From assembly GCA_964538855.1 (NCBI GenBank), contig CAZIEY010000002.1:1709-65708 (forward strand): 64,000 bases of DNA, given 5' to 3'. This document shows, in pieces, positions 18,493 through 27,659 of this stretch (position 1 is its first letter; each line of letters begins with the position of its first letter). Under the pieces are notes generated by a model. The model saw only the letters and a list, made by a program, of their open reading frames with translations. It made no database searches and was not told where the DNA came from. A program made the position numbers and the translations under genes. Source of the DNA: an uncultured Candidatus Saccharibacteria bacterium (GTDB lineage Bacteria > Patescibacteriota > Minisyncoccia > Phycocordibacterales > JAACPR01).

Positions 18493-19338
18493 GTGAAAAA
18501 AATCTCTCCCATCGTTATTCGAAATTTCAATCGCACACTCCGCGCGTTTTATAAAAAGAACCGGCGCGATTTACCGTGGCGACGCACCACCGATCCGTAC
18601 AAAATTTTGGTCTCGGAAATTATGTTGCAACAGACCCAAGTGTCGCGTGTTATTCCAAAATATGATGCGTGGCTTGCTCGATTTCCGAATTTCAAAAAGC
18701 TCGCTGCCGCGTCATTGTCGGATGTGCTTTTGATGTGGAAAGGTTTGGGTTACAATCGCCGCGGCTTGGCACTGCATAAAATCGCGCAAATTTTAATCGC
18801 GGAAAAACGTTCGCTCCCACGCACTACAGATGAATTGGTTGCGTTGCCCGCCATCGGTCCGAACACCGCCGGATCAATTATGGCTTTTGCGTATAATGAG
18901 CCGACTATTTTTATAGAAACAAATGTACGCACGGTTTTCATTCATCATTTTTGGAAAGCCGCTTCGCGCCGCAAACCAACCGACAAAGAAATTTTGAAAC
19001 TGGTCGCTCAAACTATCGATAGAAAAAATCCTCGCGAATGGTATTACGCGTTGATGGATTATGGTACTCACTTAAAAAAGACAGTGGGCAATAAAAGCCG
19101 CGAAAGTGCCACATATCGAACTCAGTCTCGTTTCAAGGGCTCGAATCGGGAATTGCGCGCTGCGATTTTATTTGCACTGCACGAGAAACCTCGTAGCGAA
19201 AAATGGCTCGTGAAAAAAGTTGCATCGAAACTCGATCACTCGGCAGAAGTCGCCGCAGTTAAAGTTTTTGAAAATCTCACCGCACTCTCGCGAGAAGGTT
19301 TTATTGAAAAGGTGAGGAAGAATTGGAGGGTGAAATAA
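18493..19338 (+). CDS. mutY: A/G-specific adenine glycosylase (short MutY lacking the Fe-S cysteines)
   Basis: RDLPWR..DPYKILVSEIMLQQTQV; WKGLGY; HhH LPAIGPNTA. Confidence 0.85.
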   Translation: MKKISPIVIRNFNRTLRAFYKKNRRDLPWRRTTDPYKILVSEIMLQQTQVSRVIPKYDAWLARFPNFKKLAAASLSDVLLMWKGLGYNRRGLALHKIAQILIAEKRSLPRTTDELVALPAIGPNTAGSIMAFAYNEPTIFIETNVRTVFIHHFWKAASRRKPTDKEILKLVAQTIDRKNPREWYYALMDYGTHLKKTVGNKSRESATYRTQSRFKGSNRELRAAILFALHEKPRSEKWLVKKVASKLDHSAEVAAVKVFENLTALSREGFIEKVRKNWRVK

Positions 19339-19395
19339 AAACCACCGCACGCAGCCCGGGTTGAGCTGTGTGCGGTGTTGTAGGCAAGCCCATTT

Positions 19396-20154
19396 TCAGG
19401 CGGGCGTTGTCGCGACCTCCTGGAAACGGTTGATGATCGAAACCTCGGAGTTTCCATTCCTGGTGTTGATGAATTTCACCGCCAAAGAAACTCGATTGTC
19501 CGGGTTCAGCAATTCCCAAAACATTCGCGCCACCTGGTCGGGGTTTTCCCCAACGATCGGTACCAGGTAAGGTTCCCCTTGAAACGACGGAAGAGGGTTT
19601 CCGTCCCTCAAATAGGTAGTGATGCAAACACCTTCTCCACCTGCAATAGGGGGATAGCTGTACTCAATTTTGGTGCAGTAGTTGTCTTCTCCGAGCGGGT
19701 TCGTCTTACGCAAGATTGCAATTCTTGCGCAGTGATTTCCTTTGTAGTCGAAGGAAGTGACCCCTGTGATGCGAGGTGTGTAGTTCGGCTTGTCAGGCTC
19801 GTACGTCCAGTCCCTCAATGCTTCCAGGAGCGAGATCTGGGTATTGGCTGCAAGTGCGCTAACCACCGGGTTTGTTTGATGTCCATTGCTGACCACACAA
19901 TGTCCATGGGCGTAGCCCATGGCATCGTAGATGATTAAACTCGGATCCTTTACTTTACTCGGATCCGCAGCTTTCGTCGATAGACCGTGTCCGTTGGATA
20001 CGAACACCCGGTTTCGGCTGTCGCTGCTTCGTCCCATGATCCAATAGATCTGAATGGCGATTCCTAGATCACTCGCGCTCGTCCCCAAAACCATTCCTCG
20101 TCCGGGGTAGGAGTTCTGTCTCAGTGCTTCGAGATTTTCTGCTGGTGTACCCAT
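19396..20154 (-). CDS. PurO-like (archaeal-type, Ntn fold) IMP cyclohydrolase
   Basis: YPGRG, YWIMGRS..SRNR, LIIY, VSNGHQT, YEPDKPNYTPRI and NRVSL motifs; GAAAGGA SD. Confidence 0.8.
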   Translation of the reverse strand: MGTPAENLEALRQNSYPGRGMVLGTSASDLGIAIQIYWIMGRSSDSRNRVFVSNGHGLSTKAADPSKVKDPSLIIYDAMGYAHGHCVVSNGHQTNPVVSALAANTQISLLEALRDWTYEPDKPNYTPRITGVTSFDYKGNHCARIAILRKTNPLGEDNYCTKIEYSYPPIAGGEGVCITTYLRDGNPLPSFQGEPYLVPIVGENPDQVARMFWELLNPDNRVSLAVKFINTRNGNSEVSIINRFQEVATTPA

Positions 20155-20297
20155 AATGATGAACTGTCCTTTCGTCAAACATCGCAGAAAATCTGCGATT
20201 TGCTTTTTTAGCGGGGGAGCTTCCCGTCTGAAATCAAGATTACAATATTGCGAACTTTTGTAAAGACGTCGCATTTTTCTGCTACTATATATTACAT

Positions 20298-20537
20298 ATG
20301 AAAAACATAATCACAGAAATTCTCGGTTGGTATGGGGTTATCGCAATTGTCGGCGCTTATATGTTGCTAAGTTTCGATTTCGTCGGCAGCAATTCAGTAG
20401 TTTTCCAAGTTTTGAATTTGACTGGTGCGATCGGAATTGTTGTTGATGCGATTGAAGACAGGAATATACAGCCCGCAGTTCTTAATATTATTTGGGCACT
20501 TGTCGCTCTTATCGCACTTGTTAAAATCCTTCTGTAA
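20298..20537 (+). CDS. Small three-TM membrane protein
   Basis: Hydrophobic; QPAVLNIIW motif; leaderless promoter. Confidence 0.7.
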   Translation: MKNIITEILGWYGVIAIVGAYMLLSFDFVGSNSVVFQVLNLTGAIGIVVDAIEDRNIQPAVLNIIWALVALIALVKILL

Positions 20538-20639
20538 GCCGTATTTTGCGGGTATGCATCGGGCAATTTTTAAAGCTTGATTTTATTTTGCCGCGTGTGT
20601 AGTATTTATTTTTGGTCGTACTTTGGAGGAGGTGTCATC

Positions 20640-20921
20640 ATGGTAGTACCCTTGAAGGGTTTGACTCGTCGTGGACGACTAGCCAAGCCCATCCACATCT
20701 TTCCCGGAGATCAAGTCGTCTTTGCGCAATCTGCTTTTGACCGTCGGATTGTGCAGGGTGATGATCTCGTTTACACCGTCGATCGTGTGGAGGAGATTCC
20801 GCCCGAACAAAGAAACGGGGCGGGACACATGTACTGGGTGTATCTCCGCGGGATGGGGTGCAAGGTATCCGGCGGGTTCCTGCGCAAACCACGCACACCC
20901 GTCGAGATCAAAAAAAGATAG
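20640..20921 (+). CDS. Hypothetical protein (SD-led islet)
   Basis: GGAGGAGG SD before ATG 20640; terminator right after the stop. Confidence 0.6.
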   Translation: MVVPLKGLTRRGRLAKPIHIFPGDQVVFAQSAFDRRIVQGDDLVYTVDRVEEIPPEQRNGAGHMYWVYLRGMGCKVSGGFLRKPRTPVEIKKR

Positions 20922-20986
20922 GGAGGACTACCACTCCCTGCTTTTTTATTTTAGGAAACATTTTTTGGTATACTACTTTGTAATCC

Positions 20987-22120
20987 ATGCTCGAAAAACT
21001 TCGCTCCTCACCATATCTCAAGATTCTTCTTTTCTTCGTATCATTCGTATGGTTCTTGAGATTTTCAGGAACAGCGTTGCCTGTGTACTTTATAAAAAGC
21101 GGACTCACATTTCCACAGATTTCATTTGGTATTACACTTTCGATTGTGGGACAGTTGTTCGGTGTAGTGTTGCTCGCTCGTCTCAAGATAATAAATCGCC
21201 ATGCGTGGTATGTCGCGCTTTGTTTATATATCGTCACCTTCTGTCTCTACGTCGTCGCACCGTTCTCTGGATTTTATTTCACCGCGGCATTTTTATCTGG
21301 AATTGGATCCATCTTTTTCTACGGCCCGTACGGTTTATCGATGTTTTCCATTTTACCTCGCGATAAAACTGGATCGGGAAGCGCAATGTTTTTTAATTTG
21401 CTTGTGCTCGTCGGAATTATCGCTCCAATCTTTTCTGCGATCGTTGCTGGCTGGTCAATGTACACACTTCTCGGTCTCTCGATATGTTTCGCAGTGCTCG
21501 CAGGATTCTTTACTCGTTTACCGGCACCTGTTCGTGTAGATTTTTCTTTGCGTGAATCTCTTGTTGAAGTTCGTAATTTACGATTACCGATTTTTCTGCA
21601 TGGCATACATGAATCAATGAGCTATATCATTCCACTTTTCACCCTCACACTTTTGCCAGAGTTTTTAGAATTTGGAAGTTTCGGTACGGCTATGGCACTT
21701 GTCGGTGTGGTTGCCAGTCATGTCGTTGGGAATTTTTCAGATAGGCTCAAAACAAAGAAGAGACTCGTTTCACTTTGTGCGTTTGCACTCGCCGGAGTCT
21801 CTGTGCTCTATGCGTTTCCAATCTTCAAAACTGGAATCGTGCTGTGGGCTGCACTTAATATTGTGAATAATATTGTCGATCAAATTTACGATCAAACTTC
21901 GGTTGCATTTATTTTGGATCAAGCCTCGTCACTTGTGAAATCTATTTTTGGAAGGGAATTATATATGAATGTAGGTCGGCTCGTAGGGATGTGTATTGCA
22001 TTTCTCGGCTTCCTTTTTCCGCCGTTTCTACCGTACGCAATTATTATTTTTGCACTCGCCATGTGTGGATTTGGTGTTATTGTGATGAAGATGAAACAGA
22101 CTGAGAAAACTCTGGTATAA
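20987..22120 (+). CDS. MFS transporter
   Basis: About 12 TMs; GNFSDRLKTKK loop motif. Confidence 0.75.
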   Translation: MLEKLRSSPYLKILLFFVSFVWFLRFSGTALPVYFIKSGLTFPQISFGITLSIVGQLFGVVLLARLKIINRHAWYVALCLYIVTFCLYVVAPFSGFYFTAAFLSGIGSIFFYGPYGLSMFSILPRDKTGSGSAMFFNLLVLVGIIAPIFSAIVAGWSMYTLLGLSICFAVLAGFFTRLPAPVRVDFSLRESLVEVRNLRLPIFLHGIHESMSYIIPLFTLTLLPEFLEFGSFGTAMALVGVVASHVVGNFSDRLKTKKRLVSLCAFALAGVSVLYAFPIFKTGIVLWAALNIVNNIVDQIYDQTSVAFILDQASSLVKSIFGRELYMNVGRLVGMCIAFLGFLFPPFLPYAIIIFALAMCGFGVIVMKMKQTEKTLV

Positions 22121-22127
22121 TTTACGC

Positions 22128-22652
22128 ATGGATCGCTTCTTTGTATCAATTATTACTATCGGAATTGTTTTCGGTGCCCTTGTTTTTCTTTTTGGAATAC
22201 GAGCCACCGAAAATATCGACGCGTCTTTTTCAGCAAGGTTCGAATATAGCCCAGAATATTTGTTTGATTTTATTAGCGATGTTTCAAAATATCCGGATCG
22301 CAAAAAGGACATAGAGAGTCTTGAAGTACTTAAACGTCAAGGTCAAAAAATCGTCGCGTGGCGCGAAAATTATAAAAATGGTACATGGCTAGAATACGAT
22401 TTAGTTCGAGAAACCTACCCAAAAATATTTGAGATTGAATTGGTAAATAGTTCCAATGATCATACCGCGTTGATTACATATTCACTCGGTGAGACCGACG
22501 GATTCACAGAAATCGTTTTGACTGAAAAAGGGAAAATCGAAAACACCTTTAGGCGGGGATTGCGTTCGCTTTCCGGCGATGATTCATTTCTTGAATCACA
22601 AATCAAATGGCTTCGCGTCGCAATTCAAACCGAACAAATTAATCGACCATGA
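22128..22652 (+). CDS. Membrane-anchored SRPBCC-domain protein
   Basis: N-terminal TM; SPEYLFDFISDVSKYP. Confidence 0.6.
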   Translation: MDRFFVSIITIGIVFGALVFLFGIRATENIDASFSARFEYSPEYLFDFISDVSKYPDRKKDIESLEVLKRQGQKIVAWRENYKNGTWLEYDLVRETYPKIFEIELVNSSNDHTALITYSLGETDGFTEIVLTEKGKIENTFRRGLRSLSGDDSFLESQIKWLRVAIQTEQINRP

Positions 22653-23149
22653 CCCGCATTTCTTTTGACAGACTCATAGAGCTCGCATTTGATACCGCAC
22701 TCGCATATTTTGTTTTTTTCTTTTCTCTCGCTTCGGTTCCGTATGCACAGGCTTTGTGGGAACAAACCGCTCAGATTGGAAAAGCTTTCGATGTAAAAAA
22801 TTATGTAGTTATTGCTGAAGCCAGAGTGCAGGTTGAAGTTGTCGACTCTGATACAAAGCGCGAAAAAGGTCTTTCTGGCAGAACTTCTCTAAAACCTGGT
22901 ACTGGAATGTTATTTGTATTCGACGAGTCTGCGAAACACAGTATTTGGATGAAGGACATGCTTTTTCCAATCGATATAATTTGGATCGCTGACAATATGC
23001 AAGTTATCCATTTGGAAGAAAATATTTCTCCAGATACTTTCCCATTAGTTTTCGAACCTAGTCGTCCAGCTTTGTACATTCTAGAAGTTCCCGCAGGATT
23101 TGTTTCTGAAGAAGGAATCAAAAACGGGGATTTGCTCACGGTGTTTTAA
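22649..23149 (+). CDS. DUF192 family protein
   Basis: GLSGR..L...GMLFVF...WMKDMLFPIDIIW...LEVPAG. Confidence 0.88.
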   Translation: MTRISFDRLIELAFDTALAYFVFFFSLASVPYAQALWEQTAQIGKAFDVKNYVVIAEARVQVEVVDSDTKREKGLSGRTSLKPGTGMLFVFDESAKHSIWMKDMLFPIDIIWIADNMQVIHLEENISPDTFPLVFEPSRPALYILEVPAGFVSEEGIKNGDLLTVF

Positions 23150-23165
23150 TGTGATATAATATTTA

Positions 23166-23516
23166 TGTGTATTGAGCAACCGCTCTTTCAGGACATCGCA
23201 AGATTAAATGAAAGGGAGGAAAGTCCGAACACATGCGTGAATTGTGCTTCGGCACAATTCACGCAGGACGGTAGTGGGTAACACCCACCCGCAGCAATGC
23301 GCGAGGTGCGAGCAGTGACGCCGGGCTCGAAAGAAAACGGCATCCATGACGCAAGTCACGGATGAATCTGCGTGGTAACACGTGGGGTGAAACGGCAAAA
23401 TCCTTACTTATGTGCAAGGCCGAGCTGCACTTGATGCAGAGCGCCGCAAGAACCGGTTGGTAACAGCCGGTCCAGACAGATGGTTGCCTAAACAGAATTC
23501 GGCTTATAGATACACA
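23166..23516 (+). ncRNA. rnpB: RNase P RNA
   Basis: GAGGAAAGTCCG and ACAGAATTCGGCTTA conserved P4 strands; terminal P1 pairing. Confidence 0.95.
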
Positions 23517-23612
23517 ACATGAAAAGCGTTCCGCACAAACGGGGCGTTTTTCTTTTATGCCCATCCCGTGTGCGTATGTGCTTTCATCGTGCGATAAATC
23601 GGGCTATAATAA

Positions 23613-25958
23613 ATGGGTATGGAACACAACACAAGCAATTGGGGCGCGCGTTTTTTCGCGTCACTACCAGTATATATTATTATAATAATGACTTTTTTAT
23701 TACCAATCATCTTCCTTCCAACAAAGGTTGTTGATGTCCTCACTGTAAAAGCCGGACTTGTGCTGATTGCAACTTGTCTCGCTCTGTTTATTTGGGCTAT
23801 CAGTCGTCTAAAGGGTGATATTGCTCAGGCTCCTTTTAATTTAATGACCTTATCGCTTGTACTTATTCCTATTACTTATGTCGTTTCCGCATTTTTCTCC
23901 TCGAGTCGTCAGGTGTCTTTCCTAGGGCGTGATTTTGGTTTTGATGGTGCGCTTGTACTCGCGGTGTTATTTGTGCTCACTATTTTTGTATCGTTGATGT
24001 GTAAGGATAAAAAGATCGCGAGTAAAGTTACGGCTGCAGTCTGGATTTCCGTTTTCATTACTATTGTATTTCATTTGTTGCACATAATCTTTGCAGAGTC
24101 GTTTCCTGCGCTTGGATTTTTCTCTGAAGCATCCTCTAATACTATTGGTCGATGGTATGATTTGGGTTTAATTGCAGGAGTCGGTGCTGTAGTCTCTCTC
24201 GCTACGCTTGAACTATTCAATTTTATCAAACCAGTTCGCGTGGTATTGTACGCGCTACTCGCAGTTAATGTAGTGATGATGGCAGTGGTAAATTTTCCTT
24301 TGCTCTGGATTATTGTCGGTATCGTCTCTCTCATTTTCTTCGTGTACTTTCTTTCGGTCTCAAAAGCGCAAGTTTCAACTGCCCCACGAGAAATTCCTGT
24401 CGCGTCACTCGTTACTTTCATTATTTCCGCTGTATTCATTTTTGGGGGGACACAGATTGATAACTATCTTTCCAAATTTCTCCAGATCTCGTATCTAGAA
24501 GCGCGACCTTCTTTCTCTGCCAACTTTGACTTGATCAAAGGGGAACTTAAGGAAAATCCTATTGTAGGGTCAGGACCAGCTATGTTTGATGTTGCGTGGG
24601 TTACTCACAAGCCAATGGATTTTAATCTTACCGAATTTTGGAATGTGGATTTCCGATATGGTTACGGACTCATCCCAACGTTTGTAGTCGCAGGTGGAAT
24701 CTTGGGGGTTCTCGCGTGGCTATTTTTCTTCGCGATATATCTATATTACGGAGCAAAATCTCTGTTCAAACCAATCGCAGATCAGGTGTCTCGTTATGTT
24801 CTCGTGTCTTCATTTTTGACCTCCTTCTTCTTGTGGGTTGTTTCATTTTTCTATGTCCCAAGTTTTGTGATCGTAACCCTTACTCTTATTTTTACCGGAA
24901 TTTTCATCGGTTCATTATATCGAGAGGGTATTATTAATGTGAAAACATACAATACTAATATGAATCCTCGAACGGGATTTGTGTATGTATTTCTTTTGGT
25001 GGTAGTGATGCTTGTATCACTTGCCGGTTTGTGGCACTTCACTACGCGAATTATTGCGAGCATACACTATCAAAAGGCTATTTCTTCGGTCGATATTGAA
25101 AGTGCTCAGACACACATAATTCGAGCGGTGCAATTATATCCAATTGATACATATCTAAAGACGTTGTCTGAAATCGGTACGATTCGACTTCGTGAAGTTG
25201 TTCAAAATACAAATAAATTACCAGAAGCCGATCAGATGGTCGTATTCCGAAATACGCTCGGTTCGACAGTACAAGCGATTCAAGCAGCGATTGATTTTTC
25301 TCCGAAAAATTACACGAATCATGTTCGACTCGGAGAAGTTTTTGAAAGCCTTATTCCGCTTAATGTGGCAGACGTCTATGCTGCGGCAAAGGATTCTTAT
25401 AACAAGGCTCGCGAGTTGAATACAAAGAGTCCTGCGATTGTGCTTGCGCTTGCACGACTAGAAGTTGCGAATAAAGATAATAAAGTCGCACGTGAATTGA
25501 TTGCTGAGGCTCTTAAATTAAAAGGGAATTATACTGACGCGATTTTCCTTCTTTCTCAAATTGATGTGAGCGAAGGTAATATTAAACAGGCAATTATCAA
25601 TGTTGAACAAGCTACAATTGTTCGACCAAACGATCCGCTCGTATTCTTCCAGCTTGGATTGCTCAGATACCAAAATAATGATTTTGTCGGTGCATCTTCA
25701 GCATTTAAAAATGCAGTTATGCTTAATGACGAATATGATAACGCGAGATATTTCTACGGGCTCGCACTCGATCGATCAAAGCAAAAGCCTGAGGCAATCG
25801 CTCAGTTCGAAATTTTGAGCAAGAAATATCCTAATAATGAACAAATCAAATTTATTCTGAAAAATCTTAACGGAGGATTTTCTGCTCTCTATGGTTCAGC
25901 GGATCCAAACGTAACAAATCCAGAGGATGGAGAGGAACTGCCAATTGACGAAGAATAA
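23613..25958 (+). CDS. Polytopic membrane protein (O-antigen ligase/oligosaccharyltransferase-like) with C-terminal TPRs
   Basis: Many TMs, NPIVGSGPAMF loop, TPR repeats. Confidence 0.65.
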   Translation: MGMEHNTSNWGARFFASLPVYIIIIMTFLLPIIFLPTKVVDVLTVKAGLVLIATCLALFIWAISRLKGDIAQAPFNLMTLSLVLIPITYVVSAFFSSSRQVSFLGRDFGFDGALVLAVLFVLTIFVSLMCKDKKIASKVTAAVWISVFITIVFHLLHIIFAESFPALGFFSEASSNTIGRWYDLGLIAGVGAVVSLATLELFNFIKPVRVVLYALLAVNVVMMAVVNFPLLWIIVGIVSLIFFVYFLSVSKAQVSTAPREIPVASLVTFIISAVFIFGGTQIDNYLSKFLQISYLEARPSFSANFDLIKGELKENPIVGSGPAMFDVAWVTHKPMDFNLTEFWNVDFRYGYGLIPTFVVAGGILGVLAWLFFFAIYLYYGAKSLFKPIADQVSRYVLVSSFLTSFFLWVVSFFYVPSFVIVTLTLIFTGIFIGSLYREGIINVKTYNTNMNPRTGFVYVFLLVVVMLVSLAGLWHFTTRIIASIHYQKAISSVDIESAQTHIIRAVQLYPIDTYLKTLSEIGTIRLREVVQNTNKLPEADQMVVFRNTLGSTVQAIQAAIDFSPKNYTNHVRLGEVFESLIPLNVADVYAAAKDSYNKARELNTKSPAIVLALARLEVANKDNKVARELIAEALKLKGNYTDAIFLLSQIDVSEGNIKQAIINVEQATIVRPNDPLVFFQLGLLRYQNNDFVGASSAFKNAVMLNDEYDNARYFYGLALDRSKQKPEAIAQFEILSKKYPNNEQIKFILKNLNGGFSALYGSADPNVTNPEDGEELPIDEE

Positions 25959-25961
25959 TTT

Positions 25962-27638
25962 ATGGTTCAGCGATTTATTGGTTTAATTACACGCGAAATA
26001 AGTGGTCTCCATGAGGCCGCTTATTTGCTTGCAATATTCGCTTTTTCGTCACAATTTTTAGGGCTCATCCGTGACCGTATTTTGGCAGGAAGATTCGGAA
26101 CTTCTGAAATTTTGGATGTATATTACGCGTCATTCAGAATTCCTGATCTAATATTTGTGGTTGTTTCGGCGCTCGTTTCCGCGTCAGTGCTCGTTCCGAT
26201 TTTTTCGAGTAATCTTGAACATCGTGATGTTCTCAAGCGATACATCGACAGTCTCTTTAGTATTTTTGCCGCATTCATTTCGCTTATCATTATTATCTCA
26301 ATAATCTTCACACCGTTTTTGTTAAAGTTTGTCGCACCTGGTTTGATGCAAAGTTCTCTGTTGCCAGAATTAATTCTGTATACTCGAATTTTGCTTCTCT
26401 CTCCACTTTTACTCGGAGCCTCGCAGTTGTTTGGTGGTATTGTGCAGTCTTATAAAAAGTTTGTTTTGTATGCCATTAGCCCGATTTTGTATAACGCTGG
26501 CATTATCGTCGGTGTCATATTTTTCTATCCGATTTTTGGGACTATCGGATTGATTTTTGGTGTCTGTCTCGGCCTGGTGTTTCATTTATGTATTCAATTG
26601 CCGACAGTGGCGCAATTTGGGTTGCTTCCACGTTTTAATTTTCGTCCAGACATGGCGATTGTTAAAAAAGTTTTTCTGCTCTCGCTTCCGCGAACCATCA
26701 CGCTGGCTTCATCACAAATCACGTTGATTGTGTTACTCGCGCTTGCTTCAAAAATTTCTCAGGGTTCAATTACTATTTTTAATTTCGCTTACAATTTACA
26801 GTCGGTGCCACTTGCAGTGATTGGGGTGAGTTATTCTCTCGCAGCTTTTCCAACACTTTCCAAATTATTTAGTGAAGGGAATCTCGAAAAGTTTATTGCA
26901 CAACTCGTTAACTCAGCACGTCATATTATTTTCTGGTCGTTGCCAGTGATTGCGCTTTTCATTGTTTTGCGTGCCCAAATTGTTCGAACCGTTCTTGGCG
27001 CGGGCGAATTTAATTGGAGCGATACTCGTTTAACTGCAGCAGCTCTCACATTGTTCATTATATCCGTTCTTGCACAGAGCCTTATTTTGCTTTTTGTACG
27101 AGGATATTATTCAGCGGGACAGACTCGCAAACCACTCGTTATAAATATCTTTTCTTCAATTTGTACTATAGTGATCGCGTATTGGTTAATTGATGTATAT
27201 CGCGCACATGGTTCAATGCAATTCTTTTTCGAAAGGGTACTACGTGTAGAAGGCGGTCTCGATACAACCATTTTGATGTTACCACTCGCATTTTCAATCG
27301 GAACTATGTTGAACGTTATTTTGTTGTGGATTTCCTTCGAAGCAAATTTCTCTGGTTTTTCCAAAAATCTTGCTCGGCCTTTTTTCCAAAGTTTGTTTGC
27401 ATCCCTCGGTACAGGATTTGTTGCATACTTTTTTCTTCAAATTTTTGATGATATTTTTAATCTCGAGACATTATTCGGTGTGTTTGCCCAAGGGCTTTTC
27501 GCAGGACTTCTTGGAATTGCAGCCGGAATAAGTATTCTGATGCTTTTTAACAACCGCGAATTCAAGGAGGTTACGGTAGCGATGCATCACAAGATTTGGA
27601 AGACACCAGTCGTGGCCGCTGGACAAGAAGAGCTTTAA
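25962..27638 (+). CDS. murJ: Lipid II flippase
   Basis: LGLIRDRILA..FG, YYASFRIPD, SLAAFPTLS. Confidence 0.9.
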   Translation: MVQRFIGLITREISGLHEAAYLLAIFAFSSQFLGLIRDRILAGRFGTSEILDVYYASFRIPDLIFVVVSALVSASVLVPIFSSNLEHRDVLKRYIDSLFSIFAAFISLIIIISIIFTPFLLKFVAPGLMQSSLLPELILYTRILLLSPLLLGASQLFGGIVQSYKKFVLYAISPILYNAGIIVGVIFFYPIFGTIGLIFGVCLGLVFHLCIQLPTVAQFGLLPRFNFRPDMAIVKKVFLLSLPRTITLASSQITLIVLLALASKISQGSITIFNFAYNLQSVPLAVIGVSYSLAAFPTLSKLFSEGNLEKFIAQLVNSARHIIFWSLPVIALFIVLRAQIVRTVLGAGEFNWSDTRLTAAALTLFIISVLAQSLILLFVRGYYSAGQTRKPLVINIFSSICTIVIAYWLIDVYRAHGSMQFFFERVLRVEGGLDTTILMLPLAFSIGTMLNVILLWISFEANFSGFSKNLARPFFQSLFASLGTGFVAYFFLQIFDDIFNLETLFGVFAQGLFAGLLGIAAGISILMLFNNREFKEVTVAMHHKIWKTPVVAAGQEEL

Positions 27639-27659
27639 TTTATAGGATTCCTTGTACAC

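Noticed and set aside
20155-20240. ZTP or purine riboswitch upstream of the purO-like gene
   Set aside because: A hairpin is present, but I could not recognise the conserved aptamer nucleotides.
9385-22652. Integron cassette array
   Set aside because: The cargo looks similar, but there is no integrase and no recurring RYYYAAC...GTTRRRY attC hairpins between genes.
23204-23564. ORFs at 23204-23398 and 23259-23564 (-)
   Set aside because: They are antisense to the RNase P RNA.
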